Shown in pieces: positions 1 through 13,000 of a stretch of 64,000 bases of DNA. The number at the start of each line of letters is the position of its first letter. Within the stretch, counting starts at the first letter, position 1. The translations under genes were made by a program, and so were the position numbers. Origin of the DNA: Lama glama (lineage: Eukaryota); contig CM052818.1 in NCBI GenBank assembly GCA_028534125.1, forward strand, positions 7,256,001 through 7,320,000, written 5' to 3'. Under the pieces are notes generated by a model, which saw only the letters and a program-made list of their open reading frames with translations, did not search any database and was not told where the DNA came from.

Positions 1-636
1 TCAGTGTTTGATCCTGGCTGCAGCAAAGGATGGGAGCCTCAGTTCTTGGTTCTCTGGATGGGCAGAGCAGTCATTACAGAGAGAAAACATCCCATACTTT
101 CCACGTGTGTTGAAAACCTAACACACTTTTTGAGTACGAAAGGAAGGCATTCAAGATGGGTGTAGAAACAAAGAAGAAAAAAAAATCAGCATTGCAGCAA
201 TGCTCTACCAAACACTAATAATAACTGGTAATAACCCGGGTTACTGACCTGAAAAAAGGCCCAAGGTTTTACACATTTTAAAATAATACTTGACAAGCTC
301 TTGATCAACCAAATTAAAGTCCTCCTTTACTGGGGTGGGGAGGGATCAAAACTGCCTAGTCAGTAAGGTTAGAATTTATACATTTCTAAAAACAAGTTTT
401 CAGGAGCATCCTCCTATCCTCATAAAATCGAGCATAAACTAAGCAATTTACAGATTTTGTTTACATGTGAAAGGCTTTAATCTATCAGCTTGAAAAAATG
501 AAAGTAAATCATGGTCTAATTCAATACTATATACATTTTACAGGCTTTCTAGTGTGCCCTTCTACAAGGACTCCATGCATTTGGCAAGTGATTACTAGTC
601 TTAGCCAACTTTTCTAATGTCAGCTATCTCTTAAAC

Positions 637-811
637 CAGTGGTTCTCAAAGGGGTCCCCAATCAGTGCTTCTTTATCACCTGGGAACTTGTCAAATGTGC
701 AAATTCTTGAGCCCCACCCGAGACCTGAATAAGAAACTATGGCGGTGGTGCCCAGCATTCTGGCAAGTCTTTCAAGTAATTCTAATGCACACTAAAGTTT
801 GAGAACCAGTG
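637..811. mobile_element. MER5A-like hAT-Charlie MITE
   Basis: Terminal inverted repeats cagtggttctcaaa and tttgagaaccagtg (13/14), about 175 bp, with MER5A-like internal sequence. Confidence 0.8.
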
Positions 812-2169
812 ACTTAATTGAGCATTTCAGGTACTATTCCTCCAGATGAGACCAAAAGATACTGAACATCTCATATGTGTAAAGCATCATGGGAAAAATT
901 CAGGTGTAATTCAAATTTGAAACCAGATATAAAAAAAAAGTTTCTAAATGTAAGGCATCACAAAGATGGAGGAGATGATAAATTAGCTAAATCAACTTTG
1001 GTATTAAAAGCTTACAAAAATGATAAAATTATTACTAATAAAAGACTGTAATTCAGATAAGAAAACAAAGCATAAATATTAGTCTCTAATCCTTCAAAAC
1101 TTAAAGAACTGGCTAATGTGCTGAGCCTAGCGTAACACATAGCATAAAGCAGTCCCTAAGTAGTCCCTAAAGTGCTGAACGACAGTGCCCACAAACTAAA
1201 TTCCTACTTCCTACTCAGAATGTGACAATACCACCACCAGCAATCCCAGAATGCTACTCCTTGAGAAAAGAGATCGAAATAACCAGAAAGTTAAAGAAAT
1301 GTTCTGAATTGTGTTTATCTACAACATTAGAGTGTAGGGATGATCAACGTGTTTTGAAAATACAAGATAATCATTCATAAAGGAGCAGAAACTGATAAAG
1401 AGAAAAGCTCAAGCGCAGAAGTTTTTGTCCAATTCCACAAAACAAAGCAAACATTTCAATAATTATAGCTTATGCATGGTAAAGTCTGCAGATTAAAAAA
1501 AGGTCAAATTCCACAGCAAATTCATTTTCACATGCACATAAAGGGTTTTTAAACTTAAATTCCATACTAAGGGTTCCTTAGTTATTTTTTTCTCTTTCTT
1601 AAACAGTTATTTTTACCTTATTTTCAAGTTATTGGTGAAAGAATTTAAAAATAATTTGTTTGATAGGACATCTTTATTCACCAATAACTCAGACATGCCA
1701 AAAAACACAAACACATCAAACTATAAAATGTGACTGAGTCTTGATAAGGTACAGAATGAAAATTCCTCAGTTATCCTGGACTACCTGGCATATCTGAAAA
1801 AACAAAATTCAACACGTTTAATACTTCAGATACTTCAGCTTCTTCTTTTTAAAAGCAAATTAAAGAGGGAGAGGGAGACAGAGAGATTTCCAAAGGTGCA
1901 CTTACAAAAAGTATGAACACTAATACTACTAAGATAAAAATAATTTTCAATCTAAAACAAAAGTGTAATTAATAGAATACAGAAAACTGTCCTCAGATCA
2001 AGACTTGAAGGGATTTATGAGATCAAAAAGGATACCGTATTTATTCTCTTAACGTTCCCACCACACTAAATGCCTCTTAAAATACCCTTTCCATGTCATG
2101 CTATTTAAGATGAATTTACAGAATAAATGCAGCAATGATACATAAATGTGAAGACATCCTTGTACTTAC

Positions 2170-2226
2170 CAGTCCTGCTGCATACATGGGCACTATAACA
2201 GGCTGCTTCTTATTGCCCGTGAAGAG
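2170..2226 (-). CDS. AFTPH: Aftiphilin exon 5 (57 nt)
   Basis: gtgtag|CTC TTC ACG GGC gives LFTGNKKQPVIVPMYAAGL. Donor CTG|gtaagt; phase 0/0. Later exons lie outside the window. Confidence 0.95.
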
Positions 2227-2624
2227 CTACACACATTAGAGAGAAATAACATGTATTTAGAGAATGATCTGTCATACAATGAAACAGTTTCCAAAATACG
2301 TAATGCTTTATTACATATATTGTGAATGATACACCGAAGAAGTTATTAAATTGCCCATATGGGATTGTATTTTTGATCTCCTAGTCCAATTCATTCATTT
2401 TATAGTTAAGGAAAAACTTTACTTCTTCTAAAAATAAGAAATAGTGAAAAATCTAGATAGATTTATGCTTAAAAGTTGACATATTCAAAATACACGACCA
2501 TTTAAACCAACTAATATTTATCTTTCTGAGGAACTAGTTTAGCACAGTTTAAACAGAAGTGTGACAGAATTTAAAAACAAGCATAGGTTGATTAAAGGAT
2601 TTTCCAAGGTACTAATAAACTCAC

Positions 2625-2751
2625 AATGTTTCGAGTGTCTATTCCTAAGGAGCACAAAAGCTTCTTGTTGCTATGGGAGCCGCCCCACTGATATCTCAAG
2701 CCATGGGCATCATGGATATCCTGTAGCTCAGTCCACACATCCAGCAGTTCC
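2625..2751 (-). CDS. AFTPH: Aftiphilin exon 4 (127 nt), start of the conserved C-terminal clathrin-binding region
   Basis: ctttgcag|G GAA CTG CTG GAT gives ELLDVWTELQDIHDAHGLRYQWGGSHSNKKLLCSLGIDTRNI. Donor ATT|gtgagt; phase matches exon 3. Confidence 0.95.
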
Positions 2752-3499
2752 CTGCAAAGGTCACGACGAAGCCACCAACAATGGGTTACTCAATACCTTT
2801 CACCATGAATCCTACTTTTAATGTGACTCTGAAATACTATACATTCTGATTAATCTTGTGTCTAACATGAGCATATAAAAACTATATGAATGAAATCAAG
2901 AACCAACACTTACAGTCATTAGAAAAGTAATTAAGTTTAAATATGAAACAATCGAGCAAAAGTTTATTTGTTATTCTTTTTTAATTGTAAAACAAAAATA
3001 TTTAAAAGGAGGAAAGAAATCACCCAACACTCCACCATCTTACTAGACCTATTTAATATTTGTTTTCTCCTTGGGTCTTGATCCACAAACACACATTTGT
3101 AATTACAGCATATATATAATTTTGAATTCTTTTTTCAGATTTTAAGCATTTCCTCACCTATATATGTATTTTTTTCAGTGGTTGTGTAAGGTTCTTTTAG
3201 ACAGATGCATCACCATTCCTTTAGCCACAATCCTACAGCTTTAATTCAGTTGTTTTTTACTGTTTGGTTCCTACTCCTAGTAAGACAAAAATATCTTCCT
3301 GTATTTTATGGTGTGTGTTATTGTAGAATTGTGTTGTTTCCTTAGAATGGAGAATCTCTTGGAGAGATTCCTGGGTCTAAGAGATGAACTATCTGTACGA
3401 CTAGCGTACTTAAAAATATATATCTAAACAGTTTAAAGATGGCAAAATATCAACCTTTTTGTCCCCTTCCATTCTCAGAAATTACCCCAAAACAAAAGC

Positions 3500-4450
3500 C
3501 AAGAAACAAAAATCATCTCCATTTTCAATGAAATTAAGAAATACTCCCTCTAGGGGTGGCAAGTAATGAAATACAAGAGACAAGTCCAGGAATAAGAGTA
3601 ACTTTGAAATTAAAATTAGAAAGTCAATCTAGACCCTCTGACATCTAATAATTAATAAGAGTTCCAGAAAGAAAACAAAGACAATGGAGGGAAGGTAATT
3701 GTCTTTATAAGAGAATTGCTCAATATTGAAGAGAAGCTTCCAGATTGAAAGGTCCTACCTAGTACTCAGTCCAATGAATGAAAAAATACTCTTATCAAGA
3801 TACTTCATTGTGAAATTTCAGAGCACCAGCAACAAAAGACCCTTAATTATAAATATGATGTGAGGATAGAGTAAAATAAAATTTTACCTCCTGTGTACCC
3901 TTTTTTCTCAGGAGGGTATTAGAGGATGTGCTCCACCAAAATGGGATTTAAGTGATGGGAAATCCCAAGGTAACATGTGTTTAGAAGACCTAGACTGATC
4001 CATTCTAGACTGAAACTGGAAGATGGAGGACTCCAGGGAAAAAAAAAGGAATGGCCAGCTTGATAGGTTTTATCACAAGTAAACTTATCTTAACAGGCTG
4101 TTGGAGGGTAGGGAAAGATTTAGTAAATGAAAAAAGAGAGGCAATTATTACATTCAGGAAAAAGGTGTACTATAAAGAAAATAGTGGCTTAGCTGTGAAC
4201 ACTGCATGATTATAGTAACGAAAAACCAAGCAACAATTTAACCAAAAACTATGATGTAAGTGTACTGGGAAGATGAAGGGAAGAGAATGAATAGCAGATG
4301 TAAGATCTACACTCTCATCGGTCCTACTGGGAAATCAAAAAATATATATAAAATTGACTGATTTGAACTGATTTATAATTTTTTTAAAAGCTCAAAAATG
4401 GAGAAGTAGAGAGTTTTTTTAAATCATGTCTTTTAGCACAATATGATTTT
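3500..4450 (+). mobile_element. Highly degraded old L1 fragment(s)
   Basis: A-rich, with ORF1-like phrases (gagttccagaaagaaaac, cagattgaaagg, attgtgaaatttcagagcacc). Confidence 0.45.
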
Positions 4451-4570
4451 TTAAACTTTAACATAATGTTTTAGAACCTTAATGGTTTAAGATAACCATA
4501 GATAACCTTACAAATTAGAACAGATGAAACTAACAAATATAATGCTATCTGGAAAGTATCTACTACTTAC

Positions 4571-4722
4571 CCACTCTCAGCTAAGGCCTCTCTTGTTTTT
4601 ATTGGCAAGGTGCTTGTTTCCAGCAAGTGCTTCAGGGAAATAACTTCTTCTTCAGTATCAGGGACAAATATGGAAGGGAAACATGCTTCGAAAATTCGCT
4701 CCAGGCGGTTTAGTAAAGCTGT
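4571..4722 (-). CDS. AFTPH: Aftiphilin exon 3 (152 nt)
   Basis: tgatgcag|ACA GCT TTA CTA AAC CGC gives TALLNRLERIFEACFPSIFVPDTEEEVISLKHLLETSTLPIKTREALAES(G). Donor GG|gtaagt; phase 0 in, phase 2 out. Confidence 0.95.
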
Positions 4723-5382
4723 CTGCATCAAAACACCGCCCAAAAGTTTATTTTCATTTTTGTAATTTTAGTAATGTCATACCTTTATCATTATACACAC
4801 ATTTATACACCCCCACCCTGTCCACTACTATGAAGTGGGGGGACTACCAGTAAGATACAGGAAACACTAAATGAAAGGAGTATAACTACTCATAGAACAG
4901 CTTTAAATAATTATGGTGATATATAAATGTAGTTACACACCAAGCATCATGCCTGGCATTTTAAAAACATTGTCTTACCTAATCTATTACAGAATTCTAC
5001 AAAGAAGAAATTACTACCCCAATTTACAGTGAAAAAGCAATCTCAAAGTTTGAATAATCCGCCCAAAGCAAAAACAAAACTAAAAAAAAGGCAGTATTCA
5101 TAGTCTTCCCACCACAGTAGGATTTTTTCTTACTACCACTCACATACTATATTTAGAACTGTAAGATTGGTTGCCTGCAAAAAGTGCTATGCTATCATAG
5201 TTGGACAGAACCTGGACATAAACACTTGAATTTTGAAAGCCTTTTAGAAATATCTCTGCTGCTAACAGAACAAACTAAAGAAAGAAAGAATGTCTGCATT
5301 TTTACTAAAAAATTCAACAGCTCATTTATTACTCTGATGATTTGTGTTATCTTTTAGAAATTCCATTTCTCTACTCTTCTAT

Positions 5383-5408
5383 GGTGTGTGTGTGTGTGTG
5401 TGTGTGTA
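5383..5408. repeat. (TG)n microsatellite
   Basis: Directly visible run of about 12 units. Confidence 0.9.
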
Positions 5409-6586
5409 TATATTTTTTTTTTAATAGAATGCTGCCTTTCCTCCAAGCAAAGCCTGCATATTCCCTAGAGTATTTTCACTAAGAACACTGGCATTCTGGA
5501 GTATTTTTATTTATTAAAATTTGCTGGATTTAGATTAACTTACATTTTTGGGGTACTACTAGGTTTATTCTACATATGCAACCTATAATAACATTCATTC
5601 CCACTTTTCTAACTTTATTTCAGACACATGTAAAATATCTTCAATTTAGCTCAAACATCAACTAGAAATACAAACCATTAAAGCTTGTTGGAACATTAAG
5701 TGTACTACTGAAATGACACCCAGTTTACAAGAAAATGCTACATCATGGTGGTACTCCCTGCCACATAACAAAAACCAGTTAATGTTTGATTTGTTTAGTA
5801 TAGTCAGCAAATAGGAAAGGGAAAAACTTTCACATACATGTTTACCAAAACAAAATCTCTTTTGGAAGCAGTATCAGATCGAAAAACTTAGCACTGCATA
5901 ATTAGTCTCAGGATACTCTTCTGCTATTTCTATAAAAGTTACTCTAACACCTTCATTACAGTCATGTATGTGATATGGGGAAAGGCTCTTAGTATCAATT
6001 ATGAAACCTAGAGTAAAAAGTAGACTCAAGATCCCAAGGCTTGTGAAACTTGAGTGCGTCAAGGGGACTCAACTTGCTTCAACAGAGGGAATGGACAGAC
6101 ATTACTTTTAAAGGGATCAGATAACCATCTAATTGGAAACATGATAAGCAATGGCTCCTCCTGGGCAGGGAAGGTAAACAAAAACTCACGTATGGCCGAA
6201 TTTTATTTCTCTGTAAATTAAAACAGAACCTTTCTTGTATCCTCTTTGTTATCCTTTTAATGGGGCAGAAAAAACATTTCTTCCATTTATCAAAGGAAGA
6301 AAGAAATTATCTCAAAACATATTCAACCATTCGGAACAATCTTTACACATAACAACCAGGTCTTAGGTATACCAGTAAGCAGATTCTCAAATTAGTGGAA
6401 TGTACCTGAGTAAACAGAACATTACTTTAACCTAATCACTTTTGAACTTAGAAGAAAAATAAACTTCCTCAACCTTTTCTCATAAAGAAGATAAATTATA
6501 TAGAAAGTTTAAAAGGAAGTCCCATATATCTTTAGGATTAGATACTACAGTCAGTTGCTTCAAATCTTTTACTGAATGAGGTGGAG

Positions 6587-6745
6587 CAGGGGTCAGCAGT
6601 TTTTTCTCTGTAGGGCCAGACAGTGACTATATTGGTGTTGTAGGTCATCCATAAACAAGTTAAGTGTGTGTTCCAATGAAACCTTATTTACTAAAACAGA
6701 TGGCAGGACGGATTTGTTTCCCAGGCCATAGTTTGTCGACCCCTA
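6587..6745. mobile_element. MER58-like hAT-Charlie MITE
   Basis: Ends caggggtcagca ... gtttgtcgacccct, internal tgtgttccaatgaaaccttatttac. Confidence 0.7.
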
Positions 6746-7512
6746 AGGCAGAGCCATAAATAAACAATGAACAGAAATTCAAATAACTAGAATCACTAAT
6801 GAATAGCACCACCCACCACAAGGAGGAACTCCTCCACAATCCAACAAGAAAGCATCTAATAGAACTAACAAAGATTTTGATTAAAATTTTATTTCCTAAC
6901 ATTCTACTTTTTTAAAGCATGTTAATTTCCAACTATCTAAAAGACCAATTTGATGCTTTTAGCTACTGTCTTGTTCATGGTAATAAATAATGCCAAATTT
7001 CATTTACTACTAGTTAATTCCAGTAAGTAAATGGCTGATGTAATTACAACACTTCAATAGAGGACTGTGGACCCAAGGGCCTGAGACTCAGTTTCAGGAT
7101 TTATAAACTGAAGCTATCAGAGCCTACCTCACAGGGTGAATAATAAATTAGAGGATTAAATGCTTGACACCCAGTGTATGCTCAAGAAGTGGTAGCTTTT
7201 ATCACTACTCTTGTTATTATACAGATGATATATATAAACAAAGTGGCCTGCCAAGAAATAAAATAAATGTCAAAACTAAGTTCATCTCACTAAGGCTATT
7301 TCTCCACCACTATTCAGCATTCTAAATCATTATGAAAACATTCATCTAAATTTATATCAATTCTACCATATTGTTAAGAAATTAAATAATCCAAATATTT
7401 TGCATCCTCCCCAAGATCATCCTATCAAGTTGGGAAAAAAGTACCTAACTTAAAAATATCTATCATAAGAGCTGCTTATATAAACAGAGCCTGTTACTGC
7501 TACTTCTTGGGA

Positions 7513-7613
7513 TTTTATTTTTTTATTTTTATTTTAGTGGAGGTACTGGGGATTGAACCCAGGACCTTGTGCATGCTAAGCATGCACTCTACCACTGAGT
7601 TATACCCAACCCC
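7513..7613 (-). mobile_element. tRNA-Ala-derived camelid-type SINE (Vic-1-like)
   Basis: Reverse complement reads taactcagtggtagagtgcatgcttagcatgcacaaggtcctgggttcaatccccagtacctcc plus an A-rich tail; flanks share cttggg(t)attttat. Confidence 0.85.
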
Positions 7614-8979
7614 TCCTTGGGTATTTTATATTTTGAAAATTGGTGAACATTTTGGTTGATTGTTGGCATTTGTGACTTAAATCCTGACCATCTTATGAAA
7701 CACAAAGTGTGTAAACCACACATTAGATGTGTTAAGAGTGCTTCACTTCCCAAGAAGTACAAAAAGTTCAAAGTTCAAAAATATGAGGGAACATAGTCTA
7801 AGTAACTTCGTAAGTTTAAAAGGTGCAAGAATATAACTAACATAATGCTAAGAAAAGAAATTAACCCACCACAAGAATAGTTTCCCTTGTGACCAAGCAG
7901 ATAGATTCTTTCAAAAAACAGATTTTCCCAGACTGTAATCAGACACTAAATTAAAAAAAACTCTGTTATTTTGAGGATAAAATTTGAGCATGAGATTAAA
8001 TGTATATCAAAACTGTGATACAAAAACTGTGATTCTGGTAAAGGTTTTGGGTTTTCTTTTTTTTTTAATTATTAAATAATTTTAACTGTTTTAAAATATA
8101 CTCAATTTTTCCTCAACAGCCTTAAATCAAATCAGTAATAAAATTAATATATTAATAAAGTGAAACATTATTTAGACTTTGATGTATTCTATTGTGCATG
8201 AGCAAATTATTCATCTAACACTACAATTCATGGTTTCCAACAAAGCAAATTGTAAATTTTTATTAAAGAGTCAGTGCTGCACTCTAAATTAATGTGAGGG
8301 TAACAAAGTAAGTATACACACACTTAGCATACTAAATACTTAGCTGAGGTTACAACACTAACTAAATAACAAACTAAATAAAATAATATTCACACCAATC
8401 ACTTAAATTTCAAATGTCTTTAACTTCAAAGTCAAAGTAGTTATCAGTTCTCCCTTGATTTTGGAATTAGGAAACTGGTGACTGGTTAGCTGAGTAAGTT
8501 TATGTAACTCAGCCATGTCTGTCAATTCATACACATACCAAATTTTAAGCCTGCAAACAGCAGCACATCTGGCCATGAAACATTTTAAGAACAGAGATCT
8601 CTGAAATGCAGGGTTGAAAGCTAAATGCTCTTCCAGGCAGGTACCAGGCTCCCTTTTCATTTTCTCTATCGTGTCCAAAACTAGGAAGCCAAAGGCAGAG
8701 GTCTACTATTTGCAGAGAAGAGCACTTGTGCTCAGAAGAGCTCCTACCTTTCAAAACTATTCCGAGAGCAGAAACTAGCCAGAAGCAGCAGTTTTGCTCT
8801 CTAAATGGTCTGACAGGTGGGTTTATAGCCAGAACTACGAGTACTCCCACACAAATTCTCATTTGCCCCCCTTTACTTTGCGCTGTTCACCAAAAAATCC
8901 AGTTGGCAACACTATTTCCTGCACTTTTGAAGACCATTTCCTAAGAAGTGTGTTTCTGAGATTACTCTGTAACAGCTAA

Positions 8980-9185
8980 CACCTACTGAGCACTTGTTAT
9001 GTGCAGAACTGCACTAAGCACATTTACATGCACAATTTCATTTTATCTTTGTAATGAGAGTTTTGAAGTAACTACTATTCTCTAAGTCTCAGGTTCAGGG
9101 AAGTGGCTAAGGCAAGTTAGTGCTGAAACCTGGATCTGAATCCAGCAGTGTGACTCCAGAGTCTTACGTTTTAAGCACTACACTA
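8980..9185 (-). mobile_element. MIR SINE remnant
   Basis: tactgagcacttgttatgtgc...gcactaagcacatttaca...ggatctgaatccagcagtgtgactccagag. Confidence 0.65.
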
Positions 9186-9800
9186 TAACCACGGCCAACT
9201 TATGCAGCAGGCACAGGGCCGAGGACCCACAATAATTTTAGGGGTTCATAAAAATGTTTTAATCGTTAATATTAACATACTCATCTTTATACCAAATTAC
9301 AAAACAGAATTTTAAATATCTTTTATGGGGAAGGGGCTCACAAGAGTCATATGTGGTCTTGGCTATAGTAGTCTCCAAAGGTACACTGGCTTTTATAGGA
9401 TTTCTCTATTTTTCCCAATTTTCTCATTTCTCATATATATTTTTTTCCTATCAAGGGCCTTCATTATTTTGAATGTCTCTATATTTCATTTTTTTCAAAC
9501 CAGATTGGATTTCTGGGAAAGCAGAAATGACTACCCAGTGTTTGAATTCATCAGTGGGGGAAAGCACTATGCATGAATTCACTTATACTCATTCCCAGTT
9601 CTGCTGAATCTCCATGTCTGGGTTTGGAAGAGGAAAACCCTGGGGTATACAAGCAGCCATTACACTTTATCCACTGGTGCAAATTAGTCATATTATTTAA
9701 TGCAAAGCTTCTCAACTGATATGGCTCAGTTACAAACAGGTTACAAGTCTTCCAAAAATCCTGAAAGCTGTATTATATATGGGCATATGGCTTCCCTCTA

Positions 9801-10137
9801 GTGACGGTTAATTTTATTTGTCAACTTGACCAGGCCATGAGGTGCCCAGACATTTGGTGAAACATTATTCTAGATATGCCTGTGAGGGTATTGTTGGATG
9901 AAATTAATATTTCAATTGGTAGAGTAAGTAGAGCAGACTGTCTTCCTTAACATGGGTGGGCCTCATTCAATCAGCTGAAGACAGCTTGCAAAATGTGGAT
10001 CTTAGGACTTCTGTGATCACCTCCATAACTGCATGAGCCAATTCCTTATAATAAATCACTCTTTGTCTTGTCTCTCTCCATGCACGCATGCATCCACCCT
10101 CCTGGTTCTATTTCTCTGGAGAACCTTGATTAATTCA
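9801..10137 (+). mobile_element. MLT2-like (ERVL) solo LTR
   Basis: Characteristic start ggttaattttatttgtcaacttgac and end ggttctatttctctggagaaccttgattaa. Confidence 0.75.
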
Positions 10138-10774
10138 CCTCTATTTTGTAAATGACTACATTGGAGTATAAAAGGATTAAGTGTATTGAAATTCTCATTC
10201 AAAGGTTTTCCAAAGGAGAGTATAAACCAGCACTGAGGATCCTAGACTCTGGTACTTAGGCCACTCAAACACTCCTTCCTTTAAAATATCTTGTATTTAA
10301 GGTAATTTCTAAAATTCCTCCAATATATTTCTAGTTGATTTTCCTTCCTTCCCTACAAACAGCAGTTGATTCATGTCAATAGTTTTAATACTGATAGCAC
10401 TAGGCCTTGTTCTTAAGTGGAAGTTTAGAAGAAACATAAAATCCACCGGGCAATTTAATCTTCCATTTAAGAGGATACCTTATTCCTTAACACTATTAAA
10501 TATTAAGTAAGATATCAAGTGCAATCTACAATTGTAGACTTATCAATCCCCAATTTCAAGCTATATAAGAAGAGTAATCAATTGTAATATTCACTATGCT
10601 CTAAAAGATGGTTTGCCCCTTATGTACAATTTTGGGATAAAGCTAGTAAAATATTTCTATTTTGGAATTAAAGGCCAGAATTTCAAAGTTTCTGAGGGAA
10701 AAATAACAAAAGGAATTGCTCTCCAAAGACTTCAAGCAACAAGCATAGAGCTGTAAGACCAAAATCTCAATTTC

Positions 10775-11040
10775 TTTCTTTTTTTAAAAGTTGAGATATA
10801 ATTGACATATAACATTACATAATAATGCTTCGATATATGTTTATATTGCAAAATAATCAGCATAGTTACAAATTTTTCTTTTCCTGTGATGAGAACTTCG
10901 AAGAACTACTCTTAGCAACTTCCCAATATACAATCAGTATTATTAATAATAGTTACCATTCTGTATATTATATCTCCAGGGTTTATTTATTTTATAACTT
11001 TATTTATTTATTTATTTTATAAGTTTGTAGCTTTTGATCA
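10775..11040 (-). mobile_element. L1 3' end fragment
   Basis: T-tract followed by ttgagatataattgacatataaca, typical of an antisense L1MA/MB 3' terminus. Confidence 0.65.
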
Positions 11041-12839
11041 CTTTGATTTGTTTTGTTGTTTACTTATGTTTTCAGTCAAGAGTTCAAGTGTTCACCTACA
11101 GAAAGGAAAACCTGCACAAATCTTAGGTAAGTGATTAAATAAATGAAGGTGAAAATGTAGTTACACTCAGTCTGCGAACCCTGACTAGACTCTGGTGAGC
11201 AAACCAATAACTTAATTGCAAAATAACATAAGCCAAAGTATTAGTGATTCTCTTTTTCATTTCTGTGGTACTCTCAATTTTGAAAGTTCTCAAGATAAAT
11301 TTTCATCTAATAACATTTTCTCAAGCATTATCAACTAGATGGCTAATAAAAGAAAATGACTCATAGCTTCCTTTTCTATAGCCAATTAATATAAAGAGAT
11401 TACTTACCAACTACCTAAATTCTCAAATAACACCCACAGCAGTATTTTAAAAATTTTACAAAAGCTCAGAGTTTAATACAGTGCTTATGACATTATCTCC
11501 TTTACCAGATACCTAAGAAAAGGCATCTTGGCCACTTCAATCAAGGTTCCTTTCTGAAACATTAACAGCTTACAAAAAAACCCAAAACACTGTTAAAACA
11601 ATATACATAATGGTCTTCTGGGAAAAGAACTGCTTTCAAAGTAAGGAGGATTTTGTTTTTTGTTATTGTCATTTTGTTTTGTTTAAAATCTTAGCCATGA
11701 AAGTGAAGAATAGTTTTGACTTTTTTCCAATTTGTACAAGAGAGATACCATTAACTTGCTTTTCTCTACAATTTATAATAATGTTAACAAGAGAATGAAA
11801 TAAACTGAACTCTGGGTTCTCAGAAAAAAATACTCACTGAAGGGGAAGAGTATTTCTTAATAAATGGTTATTATGGCTTTTACATCAAGGCCTGAACACT
11901 CAAGGCTTGCTGGACCCACATCTGAGAATTAGTTTAACTAAGTACAGTTATAAGTTTGAAATATTTCTTCTTGGTTAACATTTCCTTAAGTAACAAATTA
12001 CTGCAATAAAGCTGCAATAATTGTCTCTTGACCCAAGGAAGACAGATTTTATTAAAATGTTAAGATATCCTTTTGGTAGGCTGAAAAAAGCAAAGTACTA
12101 AAAAAATAGGAACTTGGACAATGTCACCTACACAGCAAAAAGTCAAAGAATTCTGAAATGATAACTGTATCATTTGTTTGACTTCACACAAGAGAACTGT
12201 TCCCCATGTCTGTTTAACTGAAATTAACTGAGCTATGAATTTTAAAAGATTCTCACAACATTCTGTAAAAGCAGAATCTGATGGCATTCTGTTCAGAACA
12301 GAATTGCTGCATCCAGGTAAGATTCAATAGGAAGAAACCACTCTAAGTTTTACCATTAAAAAATGTTTACGGTCATTAATATGTGGGGACTTCTGTGCCA
12401 TCCCCAAAATAGTAGCAACTAGGAGAAACATTTTAAGAAAAAATATTAATAAATATAATCCTCTTCTAGAGGACTAGATTAATGCATGTTCCTAGAAGAT
12501 TCTGGAAAAAGAACAGACTGCAAGTCACAAGCCTCCTTTCACAACAGCAGGATAGGAATGAAAGTCACTTTCCAACTCAAGTCACTTTGCCAGCAGGGCT
12601 TACCCATTTCCCTACCTCAATTTCCTTCCAAACTTCTTCCAGCCCCCCTTCTAGCATCCACCTCCAAGTTCTGCTCATTGCGCATAACCCATTCAGCAAA
12701 AGTAAAAGCCTGAGGACTGAGCCAAACAAATCTCAGGAAGTCTTAATGTATTTTGACACATCTATACTGTTTTTATTTTTACAAAATAGAATCATACCAC
12801 AAAATTCTTATTCTTCAGTAGATTTTCACTTGTTTTAAA

Positions 12840-13000
12840 ATTTACTGTCATTTTATCTTCACAAAAGTCCTTTGCAGTAGACGTTACCTCCTTTTTACAG
12901 ACAACTGAGTTCAGAAGTAACTTGTTCAAAATCATAACGCTTACATGACTCTGAGTCAAGATTCAAACTCAGATTCCATAAAGCCCACGTACTTTATTAC
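12840..13000 (-). mobile_element. MIR remnant
   Basis: ttttacagacaactgagttcagaagtaacttgttcaaaatcat...gattcaaactcag. Confidence 0.55.

Noticed and set aside
1..117. Possible cryptic AFTPH exon (ttag|GTTTTC..., 38 codons then TGA)
   Set aside because: The peptide does not resemble aftiphilin exon 6 as I recall it, the pyrimidine tract is not adjacent to the AG, and no donor is visible within the window.
8403..8979. Cluster of four overlapping short ORFs in intron 2
   Set aside because: No recognisable protein or clear exon boundaries; consistent with chance ORFs in balanced-composition DNA.
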